The notes under the pieces: generated by a model
Told to the model about the DNA's origin: nothing
What the model saw: only the letters and a program-made list of their open reading frames with translations
Databases searched by the model: none
Translations under genes and position numbers: made by a program
Origin: an uncultured Gemmatimonadales bacterium
GTDB lineage: Bacteria > Gemmatimonadota > Gemmatimonadetes > Gemmatimonadales > GWC2-71-9
Length of the DNA stretch: 64,000 nucleotides
Direction of reading: 5' to 3'
Assembly: GCA_963842945.1 (NCBI GenBank)
Contig: CAWJIM010000016.1
Location: 133,853 to 197,852, forward strand
In this document: one piece after another, positions 1 to 8,622 of the stretch
How the letters are laid out: each line of letters starts with the position of its first letter
Position numbering within the stretch: the first letter of the stretch is position 1

Positions 1-300
1 ACTCAGCGATATCGAGCTGGACAGAAGGATACTCATTTGGAGCTCGCCAACTTTCACAGAGCATCTCGGGATCGCGTATGGTTCCGCGGTCGAGGCCAGG
101 TTGATCACTCCTAAGACTACCGCTCTAGCTTCTCCACGAATAAGGAGAGGTACTCCGGCCAGACGTAGTCCATCCTATTCTGAAACACGCTCAGCGCACT
201 GAACGATTCTCTAGGTATGCTGAAACTGAGGAGGGGCATTTTACCATCTTAGCCGCTCCAGCTCACGGTCCACCCGTTCACGTTTACCCTTCACCCCATC

Positions 301-3069
301 TCATCCCGTCGCCCCGAATCCCGCGGCAATCGTATTGATCGACAACAGCAGCGCGGACAGTTGTTCTTCCTGAGACTTGTCGCCGCCCGATTCCCGAAAC
401 CGCCGCAATAACTCGATCTGTTGCCGACTCACCTGGTTGATGGTGGGCAGCCGCCGCGCCAGTCGCCGCCGGAACCTGGGATAGCGCTCGACCAGCTCGC
501 TTGCACCGCTGATCTTGAGCACCGCCTCGACCGTCCGCTGGTACTCCTCCTCAACCAGCGTCAGGATGGTGTTTCGCACCCCGGCATCGGGCACCAGCTC
601 GGCATACTCCCGGGCGATCTCGAGATCCACATACGTCAGCGTCTTCTCCACTTCATCGACGACCAGCCGAAATAGCCGTGACTCGGTGAACATCCGATCC
701 AGCAGCGCGGCCCCGCGTTGGCCGCGCACCTGGAGGAAGGTGAGAATACCGCTTCCCACGCCGTACCAGCCGGGTACAAAGTGCCGGTTCTGCGACCAGG
801 CAAACACCCAGGGGATGGCTCTGAGATCGCTCAGGGATCGGGCTCCGAACCTCCGGGCCGGCCGGGAGCCCAGGTTGAGCATGGACAGCTCTTCCAGCGG
901 ACTGGCGGCCTGATAATAGGCCAGCAGATCCGGATGGTCGATCAGACCGCGATACGATGCCTGCGCCGCTCCCGAGAGCGCCTCCATGGCTTCGTCGAAC
1001 TCCGCCGTGGGCGCCAGGGCCTTCTCGCGTTCCGACTTGACCGAGTGTTCCACCACACTCGCGGCCAACAGTTCGATCTGATATTGGGCTGTCCCCCGGT
1101 TGGCGTACTTGAAGGACACCACTTCGCCCTGTTCGGTGATCCGCATCCGCCCCTGGATCGAGCCGGCCGGTTGCGCCGCGATGGCCCGGCCGGTGGGCGC
1201 TCCCCCCCGGCTGACCGATCCCCCGCGCCCATGAAAGAAGGCAATGGGAATTCCGGCTTCCTGACCGAGGCGAGTGAGCTTGATCTGCGCCTTGCTCAGC
1301 TCCCAATTGGACGTGAGAAAGCCGCCGTCCTTGTTGGAGTCGGAGTAGCCGATCATCACTTCCTGCACCCCGCCTTGCGTCCGAACGCTCCGGCGAACCA
1401 GAGGCACGGAGAGCAGCTCGCGCATGATGGCGGGAGCCCGCTGAAGATCCTCGATGGTCTCGAACAGCGGCACGATCGGAAGGGTGCAGCTCTCGGTTCC
1501 TGAGGTATCGGCAAAGAGGCCGGCGTGTTTCGCCAGAAGGTAGGCACCCAGCACGTCGCTCACACTTCGGGTCATACTGAGCACGAAGCTCCCAAAAGCC
1601 TCGCGGTCGATCTCCTCCCGAAGCTGCCGGACCAGTTGAAACATGCCCAGGGTCTCGGCCGACTCCGGCGGGAGTTCCGGTGCCTGCGCGTTCCGCGGCA
1701 GCGGACGGCCCAGCTCGGTCGTGATCCAGCGCCTCCACGCGTCAGAGTCTTCATCGGGAGGATCGCCTGCATTTGACTGGCGCCAAAGGTCGGCCAGGGC
1801 AGCGCGGAGCTTGGTCGTGTTCTCCCGCACGTCGAGACGCACGGTACTGAAGCGGAACGACTCGACTTCCCGCCGAACCGGCCGCACCAGTGTCGCGGCC
1901 AGCGAAACGCTCCCGGCCGAGCTGAGTGCGTCTTCGATTCGGCGCAGGTCACTGGCAAGAGCGTCGGCGGAGGAATAGCCTTGCGGACTGGTGACGATCT
2001 CGCCCCGCTCGGCGCCGGTCACCATCACATCCAGTCGCCCCAGCATGCAGGCGAGATACTGGCGGAACACTTCGCCCGGGTTGCGGGCCGCGATCTCGTC
2101 GCCCTCTCCGCTTGCCGCCAGCTCCTTCTCCAGCGCCGCCCGAAAGCTCTCGGGCACCGGCATGGCGCGCTCGGTGATGCTGAGCGCCCTGACCAGCTCT
2201 CCCAGACGGCGGCGGTAGCGGCGGAGTCCGGTGAGCCGATTCTCCAGCAGAGTACCCCGGGTCACCGCGTTGGTGACGAACGGATTGCCGTCGCGATCGC
2301 CACCGACCCAGGAGCCGAACTGAAAGAAGGGGGGCACCTGAAACGACTCTCCGGGATACGCCTGTGCCAGGGCCCGCTCCAGCTTTTCCAGCAGATCGGG
2401 CACGGACTCGAAGAGGGTCTCGTTGAAGAAGTGAAGCGCCCAGAACACCTCCTGGGGCACCGTCGGCTTGACCAGGCGCAGCTCACCGGTGTTCCAGAGC
2501 AGCTCGATCTCGTTCTGTAATCCTGCTACCAGTGCCTGACGCTCGCGCGGGGTCCACCGGGGCGACTCCAGATCCACCAGGCGGCGATAGATGCGGCGGT
2601 GTTTTTCGAGAACGGTGACCCGTTTGGCTTCGGTGGGATGGGCGGTGATCACGGGGCGAACCCTAAGGATCTCCAGCAGCTTCCGCAGCTCGTCGGCGGA
2701 GATCTTTGCGGCGGCCGCGCTGGAGATCACCTGGGCAAAGGTGCCCCGCACCTGGTCATACCCCCGGTCGACTTCCGTCTGCCGCCGCCGGCGCATGCCC
2801 GCATTCTGCTCGGCGATGCTCAGCAGCTGGAACCAGAGGCCCTGCACCTGAAGAGTTCGGGCCAGCAGATCGGGGCTGAGCTCGGAGGCGGGGCGTTCGC
2901 CGCGCAGTGCCGACTCCAACTCCGGTTGCCGCTCCCGTACCAGGCCGAGGAGCAAGCCGGAGAGAAGCTCGACAACCTCGTTGGCGTATGCGGCCGCGCT
3001 GGCGGCCGCCGGATCGGCCGACTCGGGAAGACCGACGGCGGAGAAGGGATCGAGCAGGGTCTGGGTCAC
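301..3069 (-). CDS. ppc: phosphoenolpyruvate carboxylase
   Basis: 922-aa ORF with PEPC signatures VITAHPTEAKR and FHGRGGSVSRGGAP and a C-terminal ...IAAGFGATG. Its GTG start overlaps the upstream gene's stop (GTGA at 3066-3069). Confidence 0.95.
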   Translation of the reverse strand: MTQTLLDPFSAVGLPESADPAAASAAAYANEVVELLSGLLLGLVRERQPELESALRGERPASELSPDLLARTLQVQGLWFQLLSIAEQNAGMRRRRQTEVDRGYDQVRGTFAQVISSAAAAKISADELRKLLEILRVRPVITAHPTEAKRVTVLEKHRRIYRRLVDLESPRWTPRERQALVAGLQNEIELLWNTGELRLVKPTVPQEVFWALHFFNETLFESVPDLLEKLERALAQAYPGESFQVPPFFQFGSWVGGDRDGNPFVTNAVTRGTLLENRLTGLRRYRRRLGELVRALSITERAMPVPESFRAALEKELAASGEGDEIAARNPGEVFRQYLACMLGRLDVMVTGAERGEIVTSPQGYSSADALASDLRRIEDALSSAGSVSLAATLVRPVRREVESFRFSTVRLDVRENTTKLRAALADLWRQSNAGDPPDEDSDAWRRWITTELGRPLPRNAQAPELPPESAETLGMFQLVRQLREEIDREAFGSFVLSMTRSVSDVLGAYLLAKHAGLFADTSGTESCTLPIVPLFETIEDLQRAPAIMRELLSVPLVRRSVRTQGGVQEVMIGYSDSNKDGGFLTSNWELSKAQIKLTRLGQEAGIPIAFFHGRGGSVSRGGAPTGRAIAAQPAGSIQGRMRITEQGEVVSFKYANRGTAQYQIELLAASVVEHSVKSEREKALAPTAEFDEAMEALSGAAQASYRGLIDHPDLLAYYQAASPLEELSMLNLGSRPARRFGARSLSDLRAIPWVFAWSQNRHFVPGWYGVGSGILTFLQVRGQRGAALLDRMFTESRLFRLVVDEVEKTLTYVDLEIAREYAELVPDAGVRNTILTLVEEEYQRTVEAVLKISGASELVERYPRFRRRLARRLPTINQVSRQQIELLRRFRESGGDKSQEEQLSALLLSINTIAAGFGATG

Positions 3070-4042
3070 ACGACGGGATCGCGCAGCGGCGCACCACCGA
3101 AAAATTGCCGCAGGTTTTCGACCGCTCGCTGACCCATGGCCACCCGAGTTTCGTGGGTCGCGCTACCCAGGTGGGGAAGCAGGACCACGTTCTCCATGGT
3201 GAGGAGCTCGGGCGCGATTTGCGGCTCGTGCTCATAGACGTCGAGGCCGGCCCCGGCAATCGTCCCGTCGGCAAGAGCATCTACCAAGGCGGCCTCGTCT
3301 ACCACGTCACCCCGCGCGGTATTGATGAGAAAGGCGCTCCGCCGCATCCGGGCCAGGCGCTCCCGGTTCATGAGATGGCGCGTCTCCGGCGTGGCTGGGC
3401 AGTGGAGCGAAACGAAGTCCGACTCTTCCAGAACCTCTTCCGGGCTCTGCCGTGAGCTCCGCCCCGAGCGCGGCCGCTTCCGGCGCCGAGGGTGGGTATG
3501 GGTCGTGAAACAGGATCGTCATGCCGAACCCCATGTGGGCTCGACGGGCCACAGCGCGGGCGATGCGGCCCATGCCGATCAAGCCGAGAGTCTTCCCGCT
3601 GATTTGGGAACCGAGCATGTGGGTGGGACGCCATCCGGTCCAGGCTCCAGAACGCACGTGGCGCTCCCCTTCCCCAGCTCGGCGACCCACCATGAGCAGC
3701 AGGGTCATGGCGATATCGGCGGTGGCTTCGGTCAACACGTCGGGAGTGTTCGACACTGAGAGCCCGCGTGACTTGGCGGCATTGATGTCGATGTGATTGT
3801 AGCCGACGCCGAAGTTAGCCAGCATGCGGGCGCGCAGCGGCTCGGCACTGAGGACCTCGGCGGTGAGCTTGTCCGTCACGGTGCAGAGAAGCGCGTCGGC
3901 GGTGCGCAACGCGTCCTGCAAGTCCGGCCGCTCCGAGTGGTCGATCGTCGCGGTTGAGTCTGGCGTCGAAGTCGCGGGTCAGCTCCTCCTCGACAACCAA
4001 CGGCAGCCGGCGCGTCACCACCACCGTGGCGCGGCTGGTCAC
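3066..4042 (-). pseudogene. hprA: D-isomer-specific 2-hydroxyacid dehydrogenase (hydroxypyruvate/glyoxylate reductase), reading frame broken twice
   Basis: Three consecutive ORF fragments (3815-4042, 3307-3921, 3066-3371) concatenate into one protein. It has the N-terminus [14 protein letters not shown], the NAD fold GKTLGLIGMGRIARAVARRA, and the catalytic part FLINTARGDVVDE...LLPHLGSATHETR. Frame changes lie near 3940 and 3450. The span is 977 nt, not a multiple of 3. The gene name is inferred from serine-cycle context. Confidence 0.8.
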
Positions 4043-4953
4043 TTCACGGCGACCGTGGTGCGCTGGGATCGCCTGGCCAGCGCCGCGGCCACTGTGATGC
4101 CGAGCTCCGCCGGACTGGGTGCCACGGTGAGTCCTGCAGTGCGCATGATCTCGGCCTTTTCCGCCGCGGTGTCGCCGAAAGCGGAGATGATGGCCCCTGC
4201 ATGGCCCATGCGGCGGCCCTTGGGCGCGGTCAGACCGGCGACATACCCGATCACCGGCTTGCTCATGCTCTCCTTCACGAAGAGCGAGCCTTCCGCTTCC
4301 TGGGGGCCGCCGATCTCGCCAATCATCATCACGGCCTCGGTCTCGGGATCTTCCTCGAACAGCTTGAGCATGTCGACAAAGGAGCTGCCGTTGATCGGAT
4401 CGCCGCCGATGCCCACACTGGTGCTCTGACCGATGCCGAGCGCGTTCATCTGCGCCGCGGCCTCGTAACCCAGGGTTCCGCTTCGGGTCACCAGCCCGAC
4501 ATGGCCGCGGGAATAGATGTGGCCCGGCATGATGCCCAGCATTGCCTTTCCGGCGCTGATGATGCCGGCACAGTTGGGCCCGATCAGCGTAGTGCGCCGC
4601 TCCTTGGGAAAGCGCAGCAGGTAGCGCTTCACCATCATCATGTCCTGCGCCGGTATGCCATCGGTGATGGTACAGATGAGGCGGATGCCGGCGTTGGCCG
4701 CTTCCATGATGGAGTCGGCACAGAACGCGGCGGGCACAAAGATGATGCTGGCGGTGGCGCCGGTGGCCCGCACGGCTTCTCGAACGGTGTTGAAGACGGG
4801 GCGTTCCAGGTGCCGGGTGCCGCCCTTTCCGGGCGTCACCCCGCCCACGATCTTGGTGCCGTACGCCATCATCTCTTTGGCGTGGAACGTGGCCTTGTCG
4901 CCGGTGAAGCCCTGCACCAGCACCCGGGTAGTTTCATCGATGAGGATGCTCAT
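4039..4953 (-). CDS. mtkB: malate--CoA ligase (malate thiokinase) alpha subunit, SucD-like
   Basis: 304 aa. [28 protein letters not shown]...GVTPGKGG and [15 protein letters not shown] closely resemble what I recall of Methylobacterium MtkB. The gene sits next to malyl-CoA lyase. A canonical SucD cannot be fully excluded without phylogeny. Confidence 0.75.
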   Translation of the reverse strand: MSILIDETTRVLVQGFTGDKATFHAKEMMAYGTKIVGGVTPGKGGTRHLERPVFNTVREAVRATGATASIIFVPAAFCADSIMEAANAGIRLICTITDGIPAQDMMMVKRYLLRFPKERRTTLIGPNCAGIISAGKAMLGIMPGHIYSRGHVGLVTRSGTLGYEAAAQMNALGIGQSTSVGIGGDPINGSSFVDMLKLFEEDPETEAVMMIGEIGGPQEAEGSLFVKESMSKPVIGYVAGLTAPKGRRMGHAGAIISAFGDTAAEKAEIMRTAGLTVAPSPAELGITVAAALARRSQRTTVAVK

Positions 4954-6179
4954 GACTGTCCATTTCCTCCGGCAAGACCGCTGGTGGCACGGCCGCGGGA
5001 TGAAGCCTGAGACCGGGAGGCGTTGAAGGCTTGAACCACCCGCTCCGCCGCCTCGGAGAGACTATGCGCCGTGATGATTGGCAGACCACTGTCCTTCAAA
5101 ATCCTCCGGCCTTCCTCGACGTTGGTGCCGGCCAGCCGAACGACGAGCGGTATGGTCAGTTGAGTTTCCCGAGCCGCTTGCACCACGCCTTGAGCGACCC
5201 AGTCGCAGCGGTTGATGCCGGCAAAGATGTTCACCAGGATGGCGCCGATCTTCTCGTCTGACAGGACCAGACGAAAGGCCGCCGCCACCCGGTCAGGTGA
5301 AGCCCCCCCGCCCACATCGAGAAAGTTTGCCGGGTGTCCACCGGCGTGCTTGATCATGTCCATGGTGGCCATGGCCAGGCCGGCACCGTTGATGATGCAG
5401 CCGATGTCGCCCTCGAGCGCGACATAATTGAGCCCGTACTCGGCCGCCTGAGATTCCCGGGGATCCTCCTCGGCGTAGTCTCGCAGCTCGCTCACGTTGG
5501 GCCGGCGGAACATGGCGTTGTCGTCAAAGGTCATCTTGCAGTCGAGAGCCAGAACCTGGCCGTCCTTGGTCACCACCAGTGGATTGATCTCGACCATGGT
5601 AGCGTCGAGATCGCGGAACGCCCGGTACGCGCCCAGGAGGGTGGTGACGGCGCGGCTCACCTGCGCAGGCGCGAGGCCGAGACCATACGCGATCTCCCGG
5701 GCCTGAAAGGCGCTCATCCCGATCGCCGGCTCCACAACTTCCCGGAGGATCGAGTCGGGCGCGCTCTGCGCAATCTCCTCGATCTCCATGCCCCCTTGGG
5801 GGTGAGCCACGATCATGATGCGCTCGCTCTTGCGGTCGAGCACCAGGCCGAGATAGAGCTCCCGATCAATGGGCACGGCTGCCTCGATATAGAGCCGGTG
5901 CACCACTCTTCCCTCCGGTCCCGTCTGATGGGTAACCAGCCGCTTCCCCAGTAGGCCCTTTGCCGCCTGGCGCACCTCATCTTCATTGGAGCAGAGCTTG
6001 ATGCCTCCGGCCTTGCCCCGGGCCCCGGAATGGATCTGCGCCTTGACTACCCAGCGCGATCCTCCGATCTCCGAGGCGCGGTACACCGCCTGTTCCGGAC
6101 TATACGCGACGCCACCTCGGGGAATGGCGACGCCGAAGCCGGCAAGGAGCTCTTTGGCCTGGTACTCGTGGATGTCCAT
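4950..6179 (-). CDS. mtkA: malate--CoA ligase (malate thiokinase) beta subunit, SucC-like
   Basis: 409 aa with an ATP-grasp N-terminus [22 protein letters not shown], plus [15 protein letters not shown] and [10 protein letters not shown]. There is a 4-nt overlap with mtkB, and the context is serine-cycle genes. Confidence 0.75.
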   Translation of the reverse strand: MDIHEYQAKELLAGFGVAIPRGGVAYSPEQAVYRASEIGGSRWVVKAQIHSGARGKAGGIKLCSNEDEVRQAAKGLLGKRLVTHQTGPEGRVVHRLYIEAAVPIDRELYLGLVLDRKSERIMIVAHPQGGMEIEEIAQSAPDSILREVVEPAIGMSAFQAREIAYGLGLAPAQVSRAVTTLLGAYRAFRDLDATMVEINPLVVTKDGQVLALDCKMTFDDNAMFRRPNVSELRDYAEEDPRESQAAEYGLNYVALEGDIGCIINGAGLAMATMDMIKHAGGHPANFLDVGGGASPDRVAAAFRLVLSDEKIGAILVNIFAGINRCDWVAQGVVQAARETQLTIPLVVRLAGTNVEEGRRILKDSGLPIITAHSLSEAAERVVQAFNASRSQASSRGRATSGLAGGNGQS

Positions 6180-6252
6180 GGTTGCTTCGCAGCTAGGAGT
6201 CGTGAGTCAGGAGTCGAGAGTTACGTGAAGAGCAGAAGCGCCAGCCGGAACG

Positions 6253-7230
6253 TTAGGAGACGGGAACTCCCGACTCGCGGCCCCTGACTCCCGACTTGCT
6301 GTTAATAGCCTGGTCCGTATCGACCACGTTCTGAGCCATGCGGGCCGACGCCGCATCGATCATCCGTCCATCGAGCTGGGCCGCCCCCCGGCCTTCGCGG
6401 GCCGCCTGCTCCAGTGCGTCCAGGATTCGCCGGGCCCGCTCCACCTCCTTGGCAGGCGGGGTGAATACCTCATTGGCCAGCGCAATCTGGGATGGGTGAA
6501 TGGCCCACTTTCCTTCGATGCCGAGGGCGGCTCCGCGCCGGGCAGCAAGGGTATAGCCGTCCGGATCCTTGAAGTCTCCGAAAGGACCATCGATCGCGCG
6601 GAGCCCGTAGGCCCGGCAGGCCACCACCATTCGGGACAGCGCCGCGTGCCACTGGTCCCCCGGGTAATCGGGGTTCAAACCGCCGATGTTTACCGTTCGG
6701 GCCCGGCAGCTGGCGGCGTAGTCGGCGACGCCGAAGTGCATGGCCTCGAGCCGCCGGCTCGACTGGGCGATGGCCTCGACGTTGGCCATGCCCAGAGCAG
6801 TCTCGATCAACACATCGATCCCAATGCGCTGTTCGATGCCTTTCGCCTCTTCGATCTGGGTCAGCAGTGCGTCCACCAGGTAAACGTCGGCCGGCACACC
6901 AACTTTGGGAATCAGCACGATATCCAGCCGGTCGCCCGCCTGCTCCACGACATCCACCACGTCCCGGTACATATAATGTGTATCGATGCCGTTGATCCGC
7001 ACCGCAATCGTTTTGCCCCGCTCCCGCCAGTCGTGGTCGTGCAGCGCGGCTATGACGTTGAGCCGGGCCTGAGCCTTGTCGGCCGGCGCCACAGCGTCTT
7101 CCAGATCGAGGAAGATGCAGTCCGCCTCGCTCTCCAGGGCCTTCCGAAACATTCCCGGCTGGGAGCCTGGAACCGCCAGCTCACTGCGCTGAAGCCGCGC
7201 CCGCGCCGGCTCGTAGCGGGTATGGCTCAT
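6253..7230 (-). CDS. mclA: malyl-CoA lyase (HpcH/HpaI / citrate lyase beta family)
   Basis: 325 aa. RSELAVPGS...IFLDLEDAVAP, IDTHYMYRDVVD, LIETALGMANVEAIA and KWAIHPSQI match the malyl-CoA lyase family. Confidence 0.85.
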   Translation of the reverse strand: MSHTRYEPARARLQRSELAVPGSQPGMFRKALESEADCIFLDLEDAVAPADKAQARLNVIAALHDHDWRERGKTIAVRINGIDTHYMYRDVVDVVEQAGDRLDIVLIPKVGVPADVYLVDALLTQIEEAKGIEQRIGIDVLIETALGMANVEAIAQSSRRLEAMHFGVADYAASCRARTVNIGGLNPDYPGDQWHAALSRMVVACRAYGLRAIDGPFGDFKDPDGYTLAARRGAALGIEGKWAIHPSQIALANEVFTPPAKEVERARRILDALEQAAREGRGAAQLDGRMIDAASARMAQNVVDTDQAINSKSGVRGRESGVPVS

Positions 7231-8486
7231 CGCCCGGCGCCGACCGTGACCTTCTTGGCTCCGCCGGAGGCGGGCTGCGCCTCGGGAGCCCGGGGTGGGA
7301 GATCTCGCTTGGATAAGGGAGCCGACGTGCTCCGCCAGTATTCCTGCGCCGCGGCCACGCCGCTGCCGAGAGTCACCTTCATGCCCACGTCCCGCATGGC
7401 CATCTCTGCCCCGGCGAGGGCGCCGAGCAACATCAGCTCGTTGAGATCACCCAGATGACCGATCCGGAAAAGTTTGCCGGCCATGCGGGCGAGTCCGGCA
7501 CCAAGGGCCAGATTGTAGCGCCGATACGCTACATCGATCACTTCGGCGCCGTTGATCCCCGGCGGAACCATGATCGCGGTGACCGTGTCGGAGTTCCACT
7601 TGGGCGCGCGGGCACAGAGCTCCAGGCCCCACGCCTTCACGGCCAGGCGGGTTCCTTCCGCCAGACGATGGTGGCGGGCAAAGACATTCTCCAGCCCCTC
7701 CTCCAGCAGCATGGCAATGGATTCCTTCAGGCCGTAGAGCATGGGAATCGACGGCGTATAGGGGAAGTAGCCGGTGGCATTGGCCTTCCTCATATCACCA
7801 AAATCGAAGAACACCCGGGGCAGCCTGGCCTGGTCGTAGAGACCGAGCGCCTTCTGGCTCGCGCAGACGATGCCAAGTCCGGCGGGTAGCATGAAGCCCT
7901 TCTGGGATCCGGTAACGGCCAGATCCACACCCCACTCATCCATTCTGAAGTCGATGCTCGCGATGGAGCTCACCCCGTCCACCATGAGCAGGGCCGGGTG
8001 ACGGGTCTCGCTCAGGGCACGACGGATTCCCGCCACATCGCTGGTGACCCCGGTGGCAGTCTCGTTGTGGGTAAACAGCACCGCCTTGATCCGATGTGCG
8101 CTGTCAGCCGCCAGCGCCTCCTGGTACCGCTCGATGGGCGCGCCCTCTCCCCACTCCGCATCCAGCACCTCGACATCCAGGCCCAGTCGCTGCGCCATGT
8201 CGATCCAGAGATGGCTGAACATCCCGAACCGGCCGGCGAGCACCCGGTCGCCCGGGGATAGAGTGTTCGAAAGCGATGCCTCCCAGGCTCCGGTCCCACT
8301 CGCCGGAAAGAGGAATGGCTGGCCGGAAGTGGTTTTGAAGACTTTCTTCAGGTCCTCGAAGATCGGCGCCACGAAAGCTGGAAAATCAGAAGAGCGGTGA
8401 TCTTCCATGGTGCGGTGCATGGCCCGGAGAACGCGGTCGGGCACGTTGGTGGGCCCGGGAACGAAAAGAAAGTTGCGGCCGGCCAT
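7227..8486 (-). CDS. sgaA: serine--glyoxylate aminotransferase (class V aminotransferase)
   Basis: The ORF is 7227-8555. The likely start is the ATG at 8486 (MAGRNFLFVPGPTNVPDRVLRAM), a typical SGAT/AGXT N-terminus. A PLP region SQKGFMLPAGLG is present. The 3' end overlaps the mclA start. Confidence 0.85.
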   Translation of the reverse strand: MAGRNFLFVPGPTNVPDRVLRAMHRTMEDHRSSDFPAFVAPIFEDLKKVFKTTSGQPFLFPASGTGAWEASLSNTLSPGDRVLAGRFGMFSHLWIDMAQRLGLDVEVLDAEWGEGAPIERYQEALAADSAHRIKAVLFTHNETATGVTSDVAGIRRALSETRHPALLMVDGVSSIASIDFRMDEWGVDLAVTGSQKGFMLPAGLGIVCASQKALGLYDQARLPRVFFDFGDMRKANATGYFPYTPSIPMLYGLKESIAMLLEEGLENVFARHHRLAEGTRLAVKAWGLELCARAPKWNSDTVTAIMVPPGINGAEVIDVAYRRYNLALGAGLARMAGKLFRIGHLGDLNELMLLGALAGAEMAMRDVGMKVTLGSGVAAAQEYWRSTSAPLSKRDLPPRAPEAQPASGGAKKVTVGAGR

Positions 8487-8501
8487 GGGGACCTCTTGGA
8501 A

Positions 8502-8527
8502 AGATGGCAGACTAGAGATGGCAGACT
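8502..8527. repeat. tandem 14-bp duplication (AGATGGCAGACT-AG-AGATGGCAGACT) just upstream of the sgaA start
   Basis: An identical 12-mer occurs at 8502-8513 and 8516-8527, read directly from the sequence. It lies 16-41 nt upstream of the sgaA ATG (8486). Confidence 0.8.
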
Positions 8528-8562
8528 GAGGGTACGTCAGATTCTTCCCGACCATAACACTT

Positions 8563-8578
8563 TGTGAACTTTTTCACA
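8563..8578. promoter_or_regulatory. candidate CRP/FNR-family operator (perfect TGTGA-N6-TCACA)
   Basis: TGTGAACTTTTTCACA at 8563-8578, with extended arms TTGTGAA/TTCACAA. It lies in the AT-rich divergent sgaA/glycerate kinase intergenic region. Confidence 0.5.
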
Positions 8579-8622
8579 AGAGCGCAACGCTGAGCCCAGC
8601 CCACCCACTCCAGCCCCGGGAA

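Noticed and set aside
1-300. AT-richer 300-bp tail downstream of ppc, with small ORFs (a 40-aa minus-strand ORF MPLLSFSIPRES..., and an open plus-strand frame from the window edge)
   Set aside because: There is no recognisable motif, no convincing start context and no RNA-gene signature. The region is too short and is truncated by the window edge, so no call can be supported.
4039-6179. Ordinary succinyl-CoA synthetase (sucCD) annotation
   Set aside because: I considered it because the fold and motifs are shared. The immediate context (malyl-CoA lyase, SGAT, hydroxypyruvate reductase, PEPC) and MtkB-like stretches ([21 protein letters not shown]) favour malate thiokinase. It remains unproven without phylogeny.
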